Of a DNA stretch of 64,000 nt, positions 1 to 6,922 are shown in pieces (positions within the stretch are counted from its first letter, which is position 1; each line of letters starts with the position of its first letter). The notes below the pieces were generated by a model. The model was given only the letters and a program-made list of their open reading frames with translations. It had not been told where the DNA came from and did no database searches. The position numbers and the translations under genes are program-made. Source of the DNA: a virus. The stretch lies in the IMG/VR virus record IMGVR_UViG_3300002052_000002, positions 32,001 to 96,000 of that record; one strand, 5' to 3'.

Positions 1-23
1 TCCTTCGAGCATATCTTAACCTC

Positions 24-203
24 CTATACCATCTCAGGGTGTGCCTTAGCTACCCTTTTAGATAGCTTCAGTCCTTCTTGCACTTCCTCTTTCTCTATAG
101 GAATGTTATGTCCACACCCTGAGCAATGGAGATATGAACAGCAAGTGATTAACATTCCTTTACCACAGATAGGACAAGCTTTTGGTTCAATAAATGTATT
201 CAT
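24..203 (-). CDS. small zinc-ribbon protein (59 aa), not in ORF track
   Basis: Manual translation MNTFIEPKACPICGKGML...CSGCGH; ATG at 203 overlaps the stop of the upstream ORF; TAG at 24-26. Confidence 0.7.
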   Translation of the reverse strand: MNTFIEPKACPICGKGMLITCCSYLHCSGCGHNIPIEKEEVQEGLKLSKRVAKAHPEMV

Positions 204-442
204 GGTCGCACTCCCCTTTCTCTTTTATATCTCCCATTTTGCTTGACAAATATCTCTATTTGCCTTGGCTTCTTAACTATGGGAGTGGGATTGCATTTAA
301 CATGGGCGAGCTTATAGGAAGTGGTATGATGACCCAAGACTTTATACATAGTGGGATATAACTCTGGAGATTTTCTGCTAACTAACTGATTGCATATTTG
401 ACAAATCCCTCTGTATCTATGCACAATATCTTTGAGCCTCAT
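200..442 (-). CDS. degenerate HNH-like zinc-binding protein
   Basis: CQIC...LAHVKCN pattern; start moved to ATG 442 behind AAGGGAGGTGA RBS; the usual DH catalytic dyad is absent. Confidence 0.6.
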   Translation of the reverse strand: MRLKDIVHRYRGICQICNQLVSRKSPELYPTMYKVLGHHTTSYKLAHVKCNPTPIVKKPRQIEIFVKQNGRYKRERGVRP

Positions 443-472
443 ATAATCACCTCCCTTATGTGGTAAGTAGAT

Positions 473-513
473 AAAATAAAAGGGGAGCAAGGCCAAGAAC
501 CTTACTCCCCTTT
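473..513 (-). terminator. intrinsic terminator closing the large ncRNA
   Basis: Minus strand AAAGGGGAGTAAGG-TTCTTGG-CCTTGCTCCCC followed by TTTTATTTT. Confidence 0.8.
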
Positions 514-517
514 CTGA

Positions 518-1520
518 TGTTATTCCTTTTTAGTTTCTCTTCGGCATTGGAACAACTACTATATTGAAGCACTCAGTTTCATGTTATCGTGTTGAACTGA
601 GTGGGTAAACCATCACTCTCTATTGACTTAGAAGCTTCCGCTTCTCTCTCTGCATTTTAGTTGACGGCTTTCCACTTTAGTCCGCCTGATTACCAGATTA
701 GGATGAACGCTTGTATTAACTCCCATATCATCCTTACTTGGAGCATATAATCTATGTAGGCTTTTATTCCTTGCCATAGATAGCAGGTAATATTTCAGCT
801 CTCCTTGGTTTATCTCCGAACGTAACCAACTTGGTTACTTGACTGTTTCCCTCTCTCCGCTTACTCAAGTGTATAAGCAGAATTCACGGCTTATTTCTTG
901 CCTTAATCTGTAGCTTAGATAGGCAAGCTACTTTAGGCAATAACACCGTGAGAGAGTAAACCCAAGAGCTTTCTCCGTTACCACGGCTTCGGTATACCCC
1001 GCAGGATAACCAGCGTTTTTGTTGACGGGGAACTCGCATCCATAAGGCGTTGCCTTTATCCGCTGTTACAAGCTGGCATCACCAGTCCATCTGTGCAACT
1101 GGCTTGCTACTTGTTAAGAATCGCTATGTTACAGTAAGGTATCCGCTTAGGGTATATATCCGACCACCTTTCGTATGGCTCCACCCATCATCTTCTAACC
1201 CTCACATAGCTAATAGTTGTCACCAAGCTAATGAAACTTGATGGAAAGTTTAAAGGAGTTTAACCATTTTTCGTTGACTATCGCATCCCTTGTGTGAGAT
1301 ACCAGTTAAGGGATGTCCAAGTTATCCACTCCTCAAGGCAGGCATATAATATTTGAGTCCTCTAAGGTTCGCATTTATCCGAAAGTTAATTGGCATTATG
1401 ACGAATAAATCATTTGAACCGCTCTACCCTTATATGCCACATATATTCAGGCACTTTCAAGCCTTGGCTATATGCAAGCCATATATGATGTTATCTCTAT
1501 GCTTATATTAGCCATAGAGA
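518..1520 (-). ncRNA. large multi-helix structured non-coding RNA (ROOL/GOLLD-like size class, family unassigned); ends approximate
   Basis: About 1 kb without a credible ORF. Long-range closing helices 1211-1226/547-561, 1233-1238/532-537, 1252-1257/524-529; nested helices 570-603, 750-781, 797-812/957-970, 822-838, 885-950, 897-927, 1123-1129/1204-1210, 1284-1315, 1341-1349/1430-1438. Confidence 0.75.
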
Positions 1521-1549
1521 ATTGCATCCATACCATAGAATAGAGTAGG

Positions 1550-1816
1550 TCAGTCTATAAATTGTTTCATATCACCAGCTTTGCGAAGAATAATAGTGGG
1601 AATAAACTTCTTCTTAGCTATTCCCCTTGCATTCTTATTGAATATCTTAATCTTCGCTCTGCCCTTTACCATCAAAGCACCCTCATTACATTTGCCATAC
1701 CGAACTCTATGGCGTATAATATCCCAGTTGGTATGACCCTTAAGGTGTCGCTTTATATGTCCGTAAGCGTGGCGTCTATGATAGCATTTAATTCCTATCA
1801 TCTTTAAGCTCCACAA
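1550..1816 (-). CDS. hypothetical basic protein (true start may be about 1798)
   Basis: ORF track; packed against neighbouring minus-strand ORFs. Confidence 0.55.
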   Translation of the reverse strand: MWSLKMIGIKCYHRRHAYGHIKRHLKGHTNWDIIRHRVRYGKCNEGALMVKGRAKIKIFNKNARGIAKKKFIPTIILRKAGDMKQFID

Positions 1817-1988
1817 AGAGCAGAGTCTTAAGCATCTCCATCACTTCCCAATATGCGGAAGCCTTACCCTCAAAGTAAGCCTTAAGTTGCTTACTATTTC
1901 TCTTCTCTTCTGCTTCTTCCACAATGGTCTGTGCTGTATGATGCTTAGACGCTAAACTCTCCAGTATTCTTTCGATAGCCTTTCTCAT
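1788..1988 (-). CDS. hypothetical helical protein
   Basis: ORF track; RBS AAAGGAG; overlaps upstream stop. Confidence 0.7.
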   Translation of the reverse strand: MRKAIERILESLASKHHTAQTIVEEAEEKRNSKQLKAYFEGKASAYWEVMEMLKTLLFVELKDDRN

Positions 1989-2164
1989 ATGCCACGCTCC
2001 TTTCTGCTACCAATATTCCTGCGTTTTATTTCAGCAGGATAATAGCACTTAAAGTCCTGCGTGGCATTAGGCTTCTTATGGAGCAGATTCATTTTGAGCC
2101 TGTCGCCGCAGGATTGACAGCATTTAGTCGGATGTAAGTCCGTGTTTTTATAAGGCTTCTTCAT
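1985..2164 (-). CDS. hypothetical Cys-containing protein
   Basis: ORF track 1985-2200, start moved to ATG 2164 behind AAAGGGG; CQSC motif. Confidence 0.6.
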   Translation of the reverse strand: MKKPYKNTDLHPTKCCQSCGDRLKMNLLHKKPNATQDFKCYYPAEIKRRNIGSRKERGI

Positions 2165-2291
2165 CGACTTTCCCCTTTCTATCTCCTTTAATCGTTCCAT
2201 ACACTATTAAGTATGCTAATACACACAAGCAAGGAAACCACAAAGGAGATGTGAAGAATAGAATTGTCAGCATAAATGCATATGCTTCCAT
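2148..2291 (-). CDS. small membrane peptide (47 aa), not in ORF track
   Basis: MEAYAFMLTILFFTSPLWFPCLCVLAYLIVYG...; RBS GGGAAGGAG. Confidence 0.65.
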   Translation of the reverse strand: MEAYAFMLTILFFTSPLWFPCLCVLAYLIVYGTIKGDRKGKVDEEAL

Positions 2292-2326
2292 ATTATTCTC
2301 CTTCCCGACTAACCTACTCTATTCAA

Positions 2327-2338
2327 TTTTCAAAGAAC
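2327..2338 (-). promoter_or_regulatory. boxA-like antitermination motif
   Basis: GTTCTTTGAAAA(TTGAATA), matching the rrn-type boxA pattern GYTCTTTGAAAA. Confidence 0.7.
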
Positions 2339-2340
2339 GG

Positions 2341-2455
2341 GGACTCATCAGTGTAGCTATGAGCTACATATAGGGGAGCATCAGATTGATTTGGGTTTGC
2401 ATTCACGCAGTTTAGTTGCGGAAATCAACCTTCAACTGCTCCCTCTATTTCGTCC
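2341..2455 (-). ncRNA. type II hammerhead ribozyme with extended stem III
   Basis: GGAC-GAAA-[UAGAGGGAGCA...UGCUCCCCUA]-UA-[UGUAGCU-CAU-AGCUACA]-CUGAUGA-GUCC; full catalytic core; predicted cleavage after AUA, between 2369 and 2368. Confidence 0.9.
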
Positions 2456-2518
2456 TTCTATGCAGGTTGGAATTGTCCGTATAAGGGTTTAATTGCTGTA
2501 TCCAACCTTCATATAGGA
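2453..2518 (-). other. long bulged hairpin, possible RNase III site
   Basis: TCCT..TATG.AGGTTGGA / TCCAACCT.CATA..AGGA directly after the stop at 2519. Confidence 0.55.
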
Positions 2519-2692
2519 TTAATCGCCGATAGACACCTTCAACTCCTCTTCTAGTAGCGGCTTCAATTCCGCCCTATCCTGTGCATTGAACCCCTTGATT
2601 TCACGAGCGAATTCGCCAACAGACTGGTTATGGAGTTTACCAAAGAATCGGCTACAAGCAGCAGCAAAACTAATCTTCTCTCCGTCTGCCAT
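2519..2692 (-). CDS. hypothetical early protein
   Basis: ORF track; ATG 2692 behind AAAGGGGGTGA RBS. Confidence 0.75.
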   Translation of the reverse strand: MADGEKISFAAACSRFFGKLHNQSVGEFAREIKGFNAQDRAELKPLLEEELKVSIGD

Positions 2693-2717
2693 TCTTGTCA
2701 CCCCTTTCTTATTTGGA

Positions 2718-2728
2718 TTTAAAAGAAC
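2718..2728 (-). promoter_or_regulatory. boxA-like motif
   Basis: GTTCTTTTAAA directly after the 3' arm of the upstream stem. Confidence 0.5.
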
Positions 2729-2732
2729 AATA

Positions 2733-3128
2733 TAGATAAGGGATAAGGGAAGGATAGAAGATGGGAAGTAATCAAGACCATTTAGTAGCGGTATCTAAAC
2801 GCCCTTAGAACCGCCCAGAGCTTTTTCAGTTCGAGCTTATTTAGCATGGCTACATCCCATGAGAAGTGAATAGGGTAGCCATTAAGGGTATACATCGAAT
2901 CGACAGGAACCAACTCTTCTATGACCTTTGGCATTGACTCTTTACCTTTCTTTTTTTGCCAATATATGTCATGAAGAATGGAAGATGTACATCGGTATCT
3001 ATTGACCAACTTCTCATCCAACTCAATCGGCATATTGTTGACAACGATTACCATAGCGTATTCCCCTTTCTGCAGTAAAGGGAACTGCGACTTCCCTTTC
3101 CTTCTTCCTTTCCCTTTCCCTTATTCTA
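2733..3128 (-). repeat. imperfect long-range inverted repeat (purine arm 3090-3128, pyrimidine arm 2733-2769) enclosing ORF 2782-3054
   Basis: UAGAAUAAGGGAAAGGGAAAGGAAGAAGGAAAGGGAAGU versus ACUUCCCAUCUUCUAUCCUUCCCUUAUCCCUUAUCUA. Confidence 0.75.
2782..3054 (-). CDS. hypothetical early protein
   Basis: ORF track; RBS AAAGGGG. Confidence 0.75.
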   Translation of the reverse strand: MVIVVNNMPIELDEKLVNRYRCTSSILHDIYWQKKKGKESMPKVIEELVPVDSMYTLNGYPIHFSWDVAMLNKLELKKLWAVLRAFRYRY

Positions 3129-3140
3129 TTTTCAAAGAGC
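3129..3140 (-). promoter_or_regulatory. boxA-like antitermination motif
   Basis: GCTCTTTGAAAA(TAGAATA). Confidence 0.7.
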
Positions 3141-3164
3141 TGTAAAGTGGTGTCAAATAGGCAT

Positions 3165-3211
3165 AAAAAAAGCCCATATAGACGACCATTATAGTCAATC
3201 CATATGGGCTT
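3165..3211 (-). terminator. intrinsic terminator
   Basis: AAGCCCATATG...TATATGGGC followed by TTTTTTT on the minus strand. Confidence 0.8.
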
Positions 3212-3257
3212 ATATATGCTGTTATAAGCAGGAATCTGATTGACAGATTATATCGTT

Positions 3258-3802
3258 ATATCGCTCGGCTTATAAGACGGTCTATATAGGCAACAAAAGG
3301 TCGCTTAGATGATGTAATCTACAAACAACTTGGTGCAGATTACAAATCAAGCAATTCGGCCAGCAAGGTCATGTTCTTCTTCGTGGACTCCTTGACCTTA
3401 TGCTCAACGGTCTTGACGAAAGATAGGCTAAATCCGCCCTTCACAGGCTTGCCGTATATCTTTCCTTCCCGAATGAGTTTCTGGCTTTCATCGATAGGGT
3501 CATAACCCAGCTCTCGAAGAGTGTCATTTAGCGACTTCATCTTCTGGTCGCCAATGACTGGCTTGAAATAGACGGTATGGCAAGAATAGACGACTCTAGG
3601 CTTGCCATCATTCCCTAACTTAGGTGTGCCATCTTCGTTCTTTAGTGGCACTCCCCTTTCAGCGGCTTTGATATAAGCACTGATAACTGCTTCTGCAGTA
3701 GGCTTCATAGTGTTCTCCTTTCCACTCCATCTGGAGTGCGATAATGAGGGTTTAGTAGCACATAGATAGCCTATACAGACCGCCTAACAAGCCGAACGAT
3801 AT
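3258..3802 (-). repeat. 34-bp long-range inverted repeat (arms 3769-3802 and 3258-3291) enclosing ORF 3340-3708
   Basis: AUAUCGUUCGGCUUGUUAGGCGGUCUGUAUAGGC versus GCCUAUAUAGACCGUCUUAUAAGCCGAGCGAUAU: 29 Watson-Crick pairs, 4 G-U, 1 mismatch. Confidence 0.9.
3340..3708 (-). CDS. hypothetical early protein (first gene of the minus-strand unit)
   Basis: ORF track 122 aa; RBS AAAGGAG. Confidence 0.85.
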   Translation of the reverse strand: MKPTAEAVISAYIKAAERGVPLKNEDGTPKLGNDGKPRVVYSCHTVYFKPVIGDQKMKSLNDTLRELGYDPIDESQKLIREGKIYGKPVKGGFSLSFVKTVEHKVKESTKKNMTLLAELLDL

Positions 3803-3806
3803 GTAG

Positions 3807-3818
3807 TTTAGAAAGAGC
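3807..3818 (-). promoter_or_regulatory. boxA-like motif preceded by two hairpins
   Basis: GCTCTTTCTAAA; hairpins at 3821-3846 and 3851-3867 just upstream. Confidence 0.55.
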
Positions 3819-4117
3819 GTCATCGTTGCATCCGTTTGCACCGATGATTCAGTCGGCCTAACCGACTTTCGACCCCAACTTAACACGATTTTGGTTATCC
3901 ACATCGGTCGGATGGGCAAAAACTCCAATGATTTTCGATACTTCCGAATCCAAATCCACAAATTTCGATATTTCAATCGGAGAAGTGCCACCTAACCAAG
4001 GTTGTGATGAACCACATACCCCCCCACCATGCCTAAACAATCCCTTACACCGACTCCGTTTCATATAAAAACCTCGATATATAACATAGAATGCTTATCT
4101 GGACTGGAAAACCCATA

Positions 4118-4164
4118 AACTTGCCGGAAATTACAACATTTCTTACATAGATAAAGGTATATAT
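4118..4164 (+). promoter_or_regulatory. putative phage promoter/operator motif, copy 1
   Basis: AACTTGCCGGAAATTACAACATTTCTTA...TATATAT; near-identical copy at 47274. Confidence 0.5.
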
Positions 4165-4305
4165 CTTATAGAAGCCAATAACTTGGTTATATATTATTTG
4201 GAAAATGCGCATTGGCGCAATTAATTTGGGCCCCATTGACAATTTGTACCATCCCATCACCTCCTTGAGCGGGAAATCCTCCTTTATGGGGCCCTAAATT
4301 TAAAT

Positions 4306-4557
4306 ATGAAGAGTATAAAGGGTATAGTTACTAGAGAAAGATGTCATCTGTGTAATAAGATAAACTCTGTTGGGTTTTGGGTTCCTAATAAGGTATGGAA
4401 GGCTGTTGTACCCAAGAACCTACAAGAATCTGTATTATGCATAGCCTGTTTTACCGACTTTGCGGATGAAAGACTTATAGAATGGGATGAGGAAATAGCA
4501 TTCTTTCCTGTCAGTCTAATCAATCATCTTAGATTTATAGAGGTTATAGATAAATGA
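4306..4557 (+). CDS. hypothetical zinc-binding protein
   Basis: CHLC...LCIACF. Confidence 0.75.
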   Translation: MKSIKGIVTRERCHLCNKINSVGFWVPNKVWKAVVPKNLQESVLCIACFTDFADERLIEWDEEIAFFPVSLINHLRFIEVIDK

Positions 4558-4657
4558 AGAACTTAATAAAGAGGATAGGGAGATGGATTATGGATTCCCT
4601 GGAGACTGTAGGGAAGATATATGACAGATATCCTTGGTATCCTTTAGGAGGATTATA

Positions 4658-4909
4658 ATGAAAGAGGATTATAAGGATTATATATTAGAGATTGGGCTTC
4701 CGGAAGGATTTAAACTTCTGGACTGTAATAGTGAGATACTAGGATGGAAAGCTCCTAATGGAGAGGCAGCTAGACTTGGTATTATATCCATAGATACATG
4801 CCCTATTAGAATGTTTGTAAAGGTAGTTGGTTTCGAGGACTTCCGAGCTCCTGTAAGATCCTGGGGAGAGAGACGTATATATGATACAGATAAGGCAGAT
4901 CAATCCTAA
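4658..4909 (+). CDS. hypothetical protein
   Basis: ORF track; ATG 4658 behind AGGAGG. Confidence 0.65.
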   Translation: MKEDYKDYILEIGLPEGFKLLDCNSEILGWKAPNGEAARLGIISIDTCPIRMFVKVVGFEDFRAPVRSWGERRIYDTDKADQS

Positions 4910-5318
4910 AGAGTTTGCTGAGGTCTTCCAGGCTGAGAATAAATGGAAGGAACATACTCAGAAGAGATTCCGTAAGGATACCATAGAGATGGTAGCCACA
5001 GGGGAAGGTATAGATTGGATGGCCGTAGCCGAAGAGGACGGTCAGATGGTTGGAATTACCTTCACCATAGAGCGCCAGGGAACTCATTGGGGCTGTACAA
5101 TAGTTAAGAAGGAATATAGGAAGTCAGGTATAGGTAGGAAGTTATTATCCTATAGAAAGAAACATTGCCCTTATAGGGTGGTATCCAAGGTCGGATGTAC
5201 CAATCTGGCCTCCATAAAAGTCTGCTTGCAGGCTGGGATGGAGCTTAAGGATGCTAAGTTAGCGGATCTAAAGGAAGAATTTCCCGATCCGGATCCGATA
5301 TTATTATTAATGGAATAG
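4881..5318 (+). CDS. GNAT family acetyltransferase
   Basis: Motif A VKKEYRKSGIGRKLL and N-x-AS motif. Confidence 0.85.
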   Translation: MIQIRQINPKEFAEVFQAENKWKEHTQKRFRKDTIEMVATGEGIDWMAVAEEDGQMVGITFTIERQGTHWGCTIVKKEYRKSGIGRKLLSYRKKHCPYRVVSKVGCTNLASIKVCLQAGMELKDAKLADLKEEFPDPDPILLLME

Positions 5319-5327
5319 GAGGATACA

Positions 5328-5510
5328 ATGATTAAAGTAACTTGGAAAAGTGGCGAGGAGAATGTATTCCATGGGAATGGAATGAGAGTAGTTGGGGATT
5401 ATATTGAGATCTATGAAGGGGCATTGGATTCCTGCTGCCCCATAGCTATTCTAGCAGGAGTGATGGTTCAGAAAGTGATGTATATATTCGACGTAGAGGA
5501 GGAAGAATAA
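5328..5510 (+). CDS. hypothetical protein
   Basis: ORF track; AGGAGG RBS. Confidence 0.7.
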   Translation: MIKVTWKSGEENVFHGNGMRVVGDYIEIYEGALDSCCPIAILAGVMVQKVMYIFDVEEEE

Positions 5511-5944
5511 TGGACGAAAGGCCTAAAGAAAGTATATATTCCAGTAGCCTGGATATAGAACATCAGCTTATAAATCTTGTTCTACAGGATGTGAGTGGAA
5601 CAGTAGAGCCCTCTAAGTTTGGAGATTGTCATAATTATAGGCTACTTATGACTAGACAGGGAGCTGTTGATATGGCTGCTCATCTCATGTGTACTATATT
5701 CGCACTTGATTGTAGTATAGACCATGAGAGCCCCTCCACCGTTTTAGAGGATGTACAGGACGCAGTGCATAGAATCTTGGAGAAATGGAGAGAGGAAAAT
5801 AAGGAGGTAGAAGAGGATGGAACTGAAAGTGAGCCAACTTGTGAAGTATGTGGGGACAGATTACCCAAGCTTGACGGGGAAGTTAGCGAGAGTGGAGAGG
5901 CTGGATTACAACAGCCGACCAGTGATTCGCTTCCCGTTTCCTGA
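5510..5944 (+). CDS. hypothetical protein
   Basis: ORF track; TAATG coupling. Confidence 0.7.
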   Translation: MDERPKESIYSSSLDIEHQLINLVLQDVSGTVEPSKFGDCHNYRLLMTRQGAVDMAAHLMCTIFALDCSIDHESPSTVLEDVQDAVHRILEKWREENKEVEEDGTESEPTCEVCGDRLPKLDGEVSESGEAGLQQPTSDSLPVS

Positions 5945-5996
5945 TTATGTATCGGCTACGGTTAAAGAATCTGATATAGAGGTGCTAAGTGAGTAG
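5817..5996 (+). CDS. small SH3/KOW-like protein (59 aa), not in ORF track
   Basis: MELKVSQLVKYVG...TVKESDIEVLSE; AAGGAGGT upstream. Confidence 0.55.
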   Translation: MELKVSQLVKYVGTDYPSLTGKLARVERLDYNSRPVIRFPFPDYVSATVKESDIEVLSE

Positions 5997-6177
5997 TCTA
6001 AAAGGCTTCCTCATATCCATACTGCTCTTTGTGGCAGTGGCGTTGATTATGATCTGTAGAGTGGTATTTTCCCCTCTACTGATCTCATGGGAATGGCTAT
6101 GGGATAGTCATGATAGAATATGGCCAGAAGTAGCTATGGATTATTTTAAAGACTTAGTCGGGAGGAATAATGACTGA
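5989..6177 (+). CDS. small membrane protein
   Basis: Hydrophobic N-terminal half. Confidence 0.65.
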   Translation: MSSLKGFLISILLFVAVALIMICRVVFSPLLISWEWLWDSHDRIWPEVAMDYFKDLVGRNND

Positions 6178-6313
6178 TAAGTGTGTGCATTGTGGCAAGG
6201 CACTAGAGAACGTCTTTGCTATATATATGTATAATAAGAAGCTTTATTGCTCTAAAGAATGTAAGGATATAGTACGATTTGAGGAGATAGCCAAAGATGC
6301 AAGTGAAGTATAA
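6170..6313 (+). CDS. small TRASH/MYM-like zinc-finger protein (47 aa), not in ORF track
   Basis: CVHCGK...YCSKEC; GGGAGG RBS. Confidence 0.65.
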   Translation: MTDKCVHCGKALENVFAIYMYNKKLYCSKECKDIVRFEEIAKDASEV

Positions 6314-6641
6314 GGGTATATTATTAGATTTAGAATATCACCTAGGGAATAAAATTAACCTTACAGGAGATATGGGGCGAGTCGTAGACGAGCAGAAGGC
6401 TGGGATGTTAATGACCTACGTAGTCAACACATATCTTACTGGCGTATTAACGCACTCTAAGGTAGAGAAATTATTGACAAAATTATTGAAAAAAAGGATG
6501 AAACAAGCTATTAAGTTTGTGTATAAGGAACTCCAGTCAGGAGCGTACGATGCTACAAAGGAGGAAAAGAAGGATGGAGATGGAGAGGCTAGACCAGAGC
6601 CCGACAAAGGAACAGATGAAGCCCAAAGTGGGCAGATGTGA
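6297..6641 (+). CDS. hypothetical protein
   Basis: ORF track. Confidence 0.65.
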   Translation: MQVKYKGILLDLEYHLGNKINLTGDMGRVVDEQKAGMLMTYVVNTYLTGVLTHSKVEKLLTKLLKKRMKQAIKFVYKELQSGAYDATKEEKKDGDGEARPEPDKGTDEAQSGQM

Positions 6642-6744
6642 ATATTGTAAAAAAGATAAGGAATTAGCTGGAACCGTTGGTGGATTACCTATTTGCTATA
6701 GTTGTCGAAACGAGCTGAGGGAGATCTATGGACACGGAGTCTAA
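6574..6744 (+). CDS. small zinc-finger protein
   Basis: CEYC...ICYSC. Confidence 0.6.
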   Translation: MEMERLDQSPTKEQMKPKVGRCEYCKKDKELAGTVGGLPICYSCRNELREIYGHGV

Positions 6745-6922
6745 GAAAAATTTAAGAGCGTATAGAAATGAGGATGATCATTGCTGGTGGTGTGGTAAAA
6801 TGGTTATTACTGCTGCTGGTGGAGACCCTGAACATTCGACTTTCTGCTCTCGTGACTGTGAAGATAGATGGAAAAGAGCTATTGGAGAGATAGAAGATAG
6901 GTTTAAAGAATGGGAGGACTAA
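6728..6922 (+). CDS. small zinc-finger protein
   Basis: CWWCGK...FCSRDC. Confidence 0.7.
   Translation: MDTESKKNLRAYRNEDDHCWWCGKMVITAAGGDPEHSTFCSRDCEDRWKRAIGEIEDRFKEWED

Larger units (their letters stand above)
1538..2324 (-). repeat. 18-bp long-range inverted repeat (arms 2307-2324 and 1538-1555) enclosing four small ORFs
   Basis: GAAUAGAGUAGGUUAGUC pairs with GACUGACCUACUCUAUUC, one U-G wobble on the minus strand. Confidence 0.85.

Noticed and set aside
1050-1241. 63-aa plus-strand ORF within the ncRNA region
   Set aside because: TTG start, no RBS, opposite to all neighbouring genes; better explained as the antisense of structured RNA.
518-1520. Group I/II intron, RNase P or tmRNA identity for the large RNA
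   Set aside because: No interrupted gene, no group II domain V, no RNase P GAGGAAAGUCC and no tRNA-like ends recognised by eye; needs Infernal to exclude formally.
3819-3873. Possible second hammerhead (GUC-GAAA-stem...GAUGAC)
   Set aside because: CUGANGA core is missing and the cleavage position would be G; treated as two leader hairpins.
3752-4260. Three overlapping minus-strand ORFs
   Set aside because: No RBS, atypical composition, and they overlap regulatory and structured elements.
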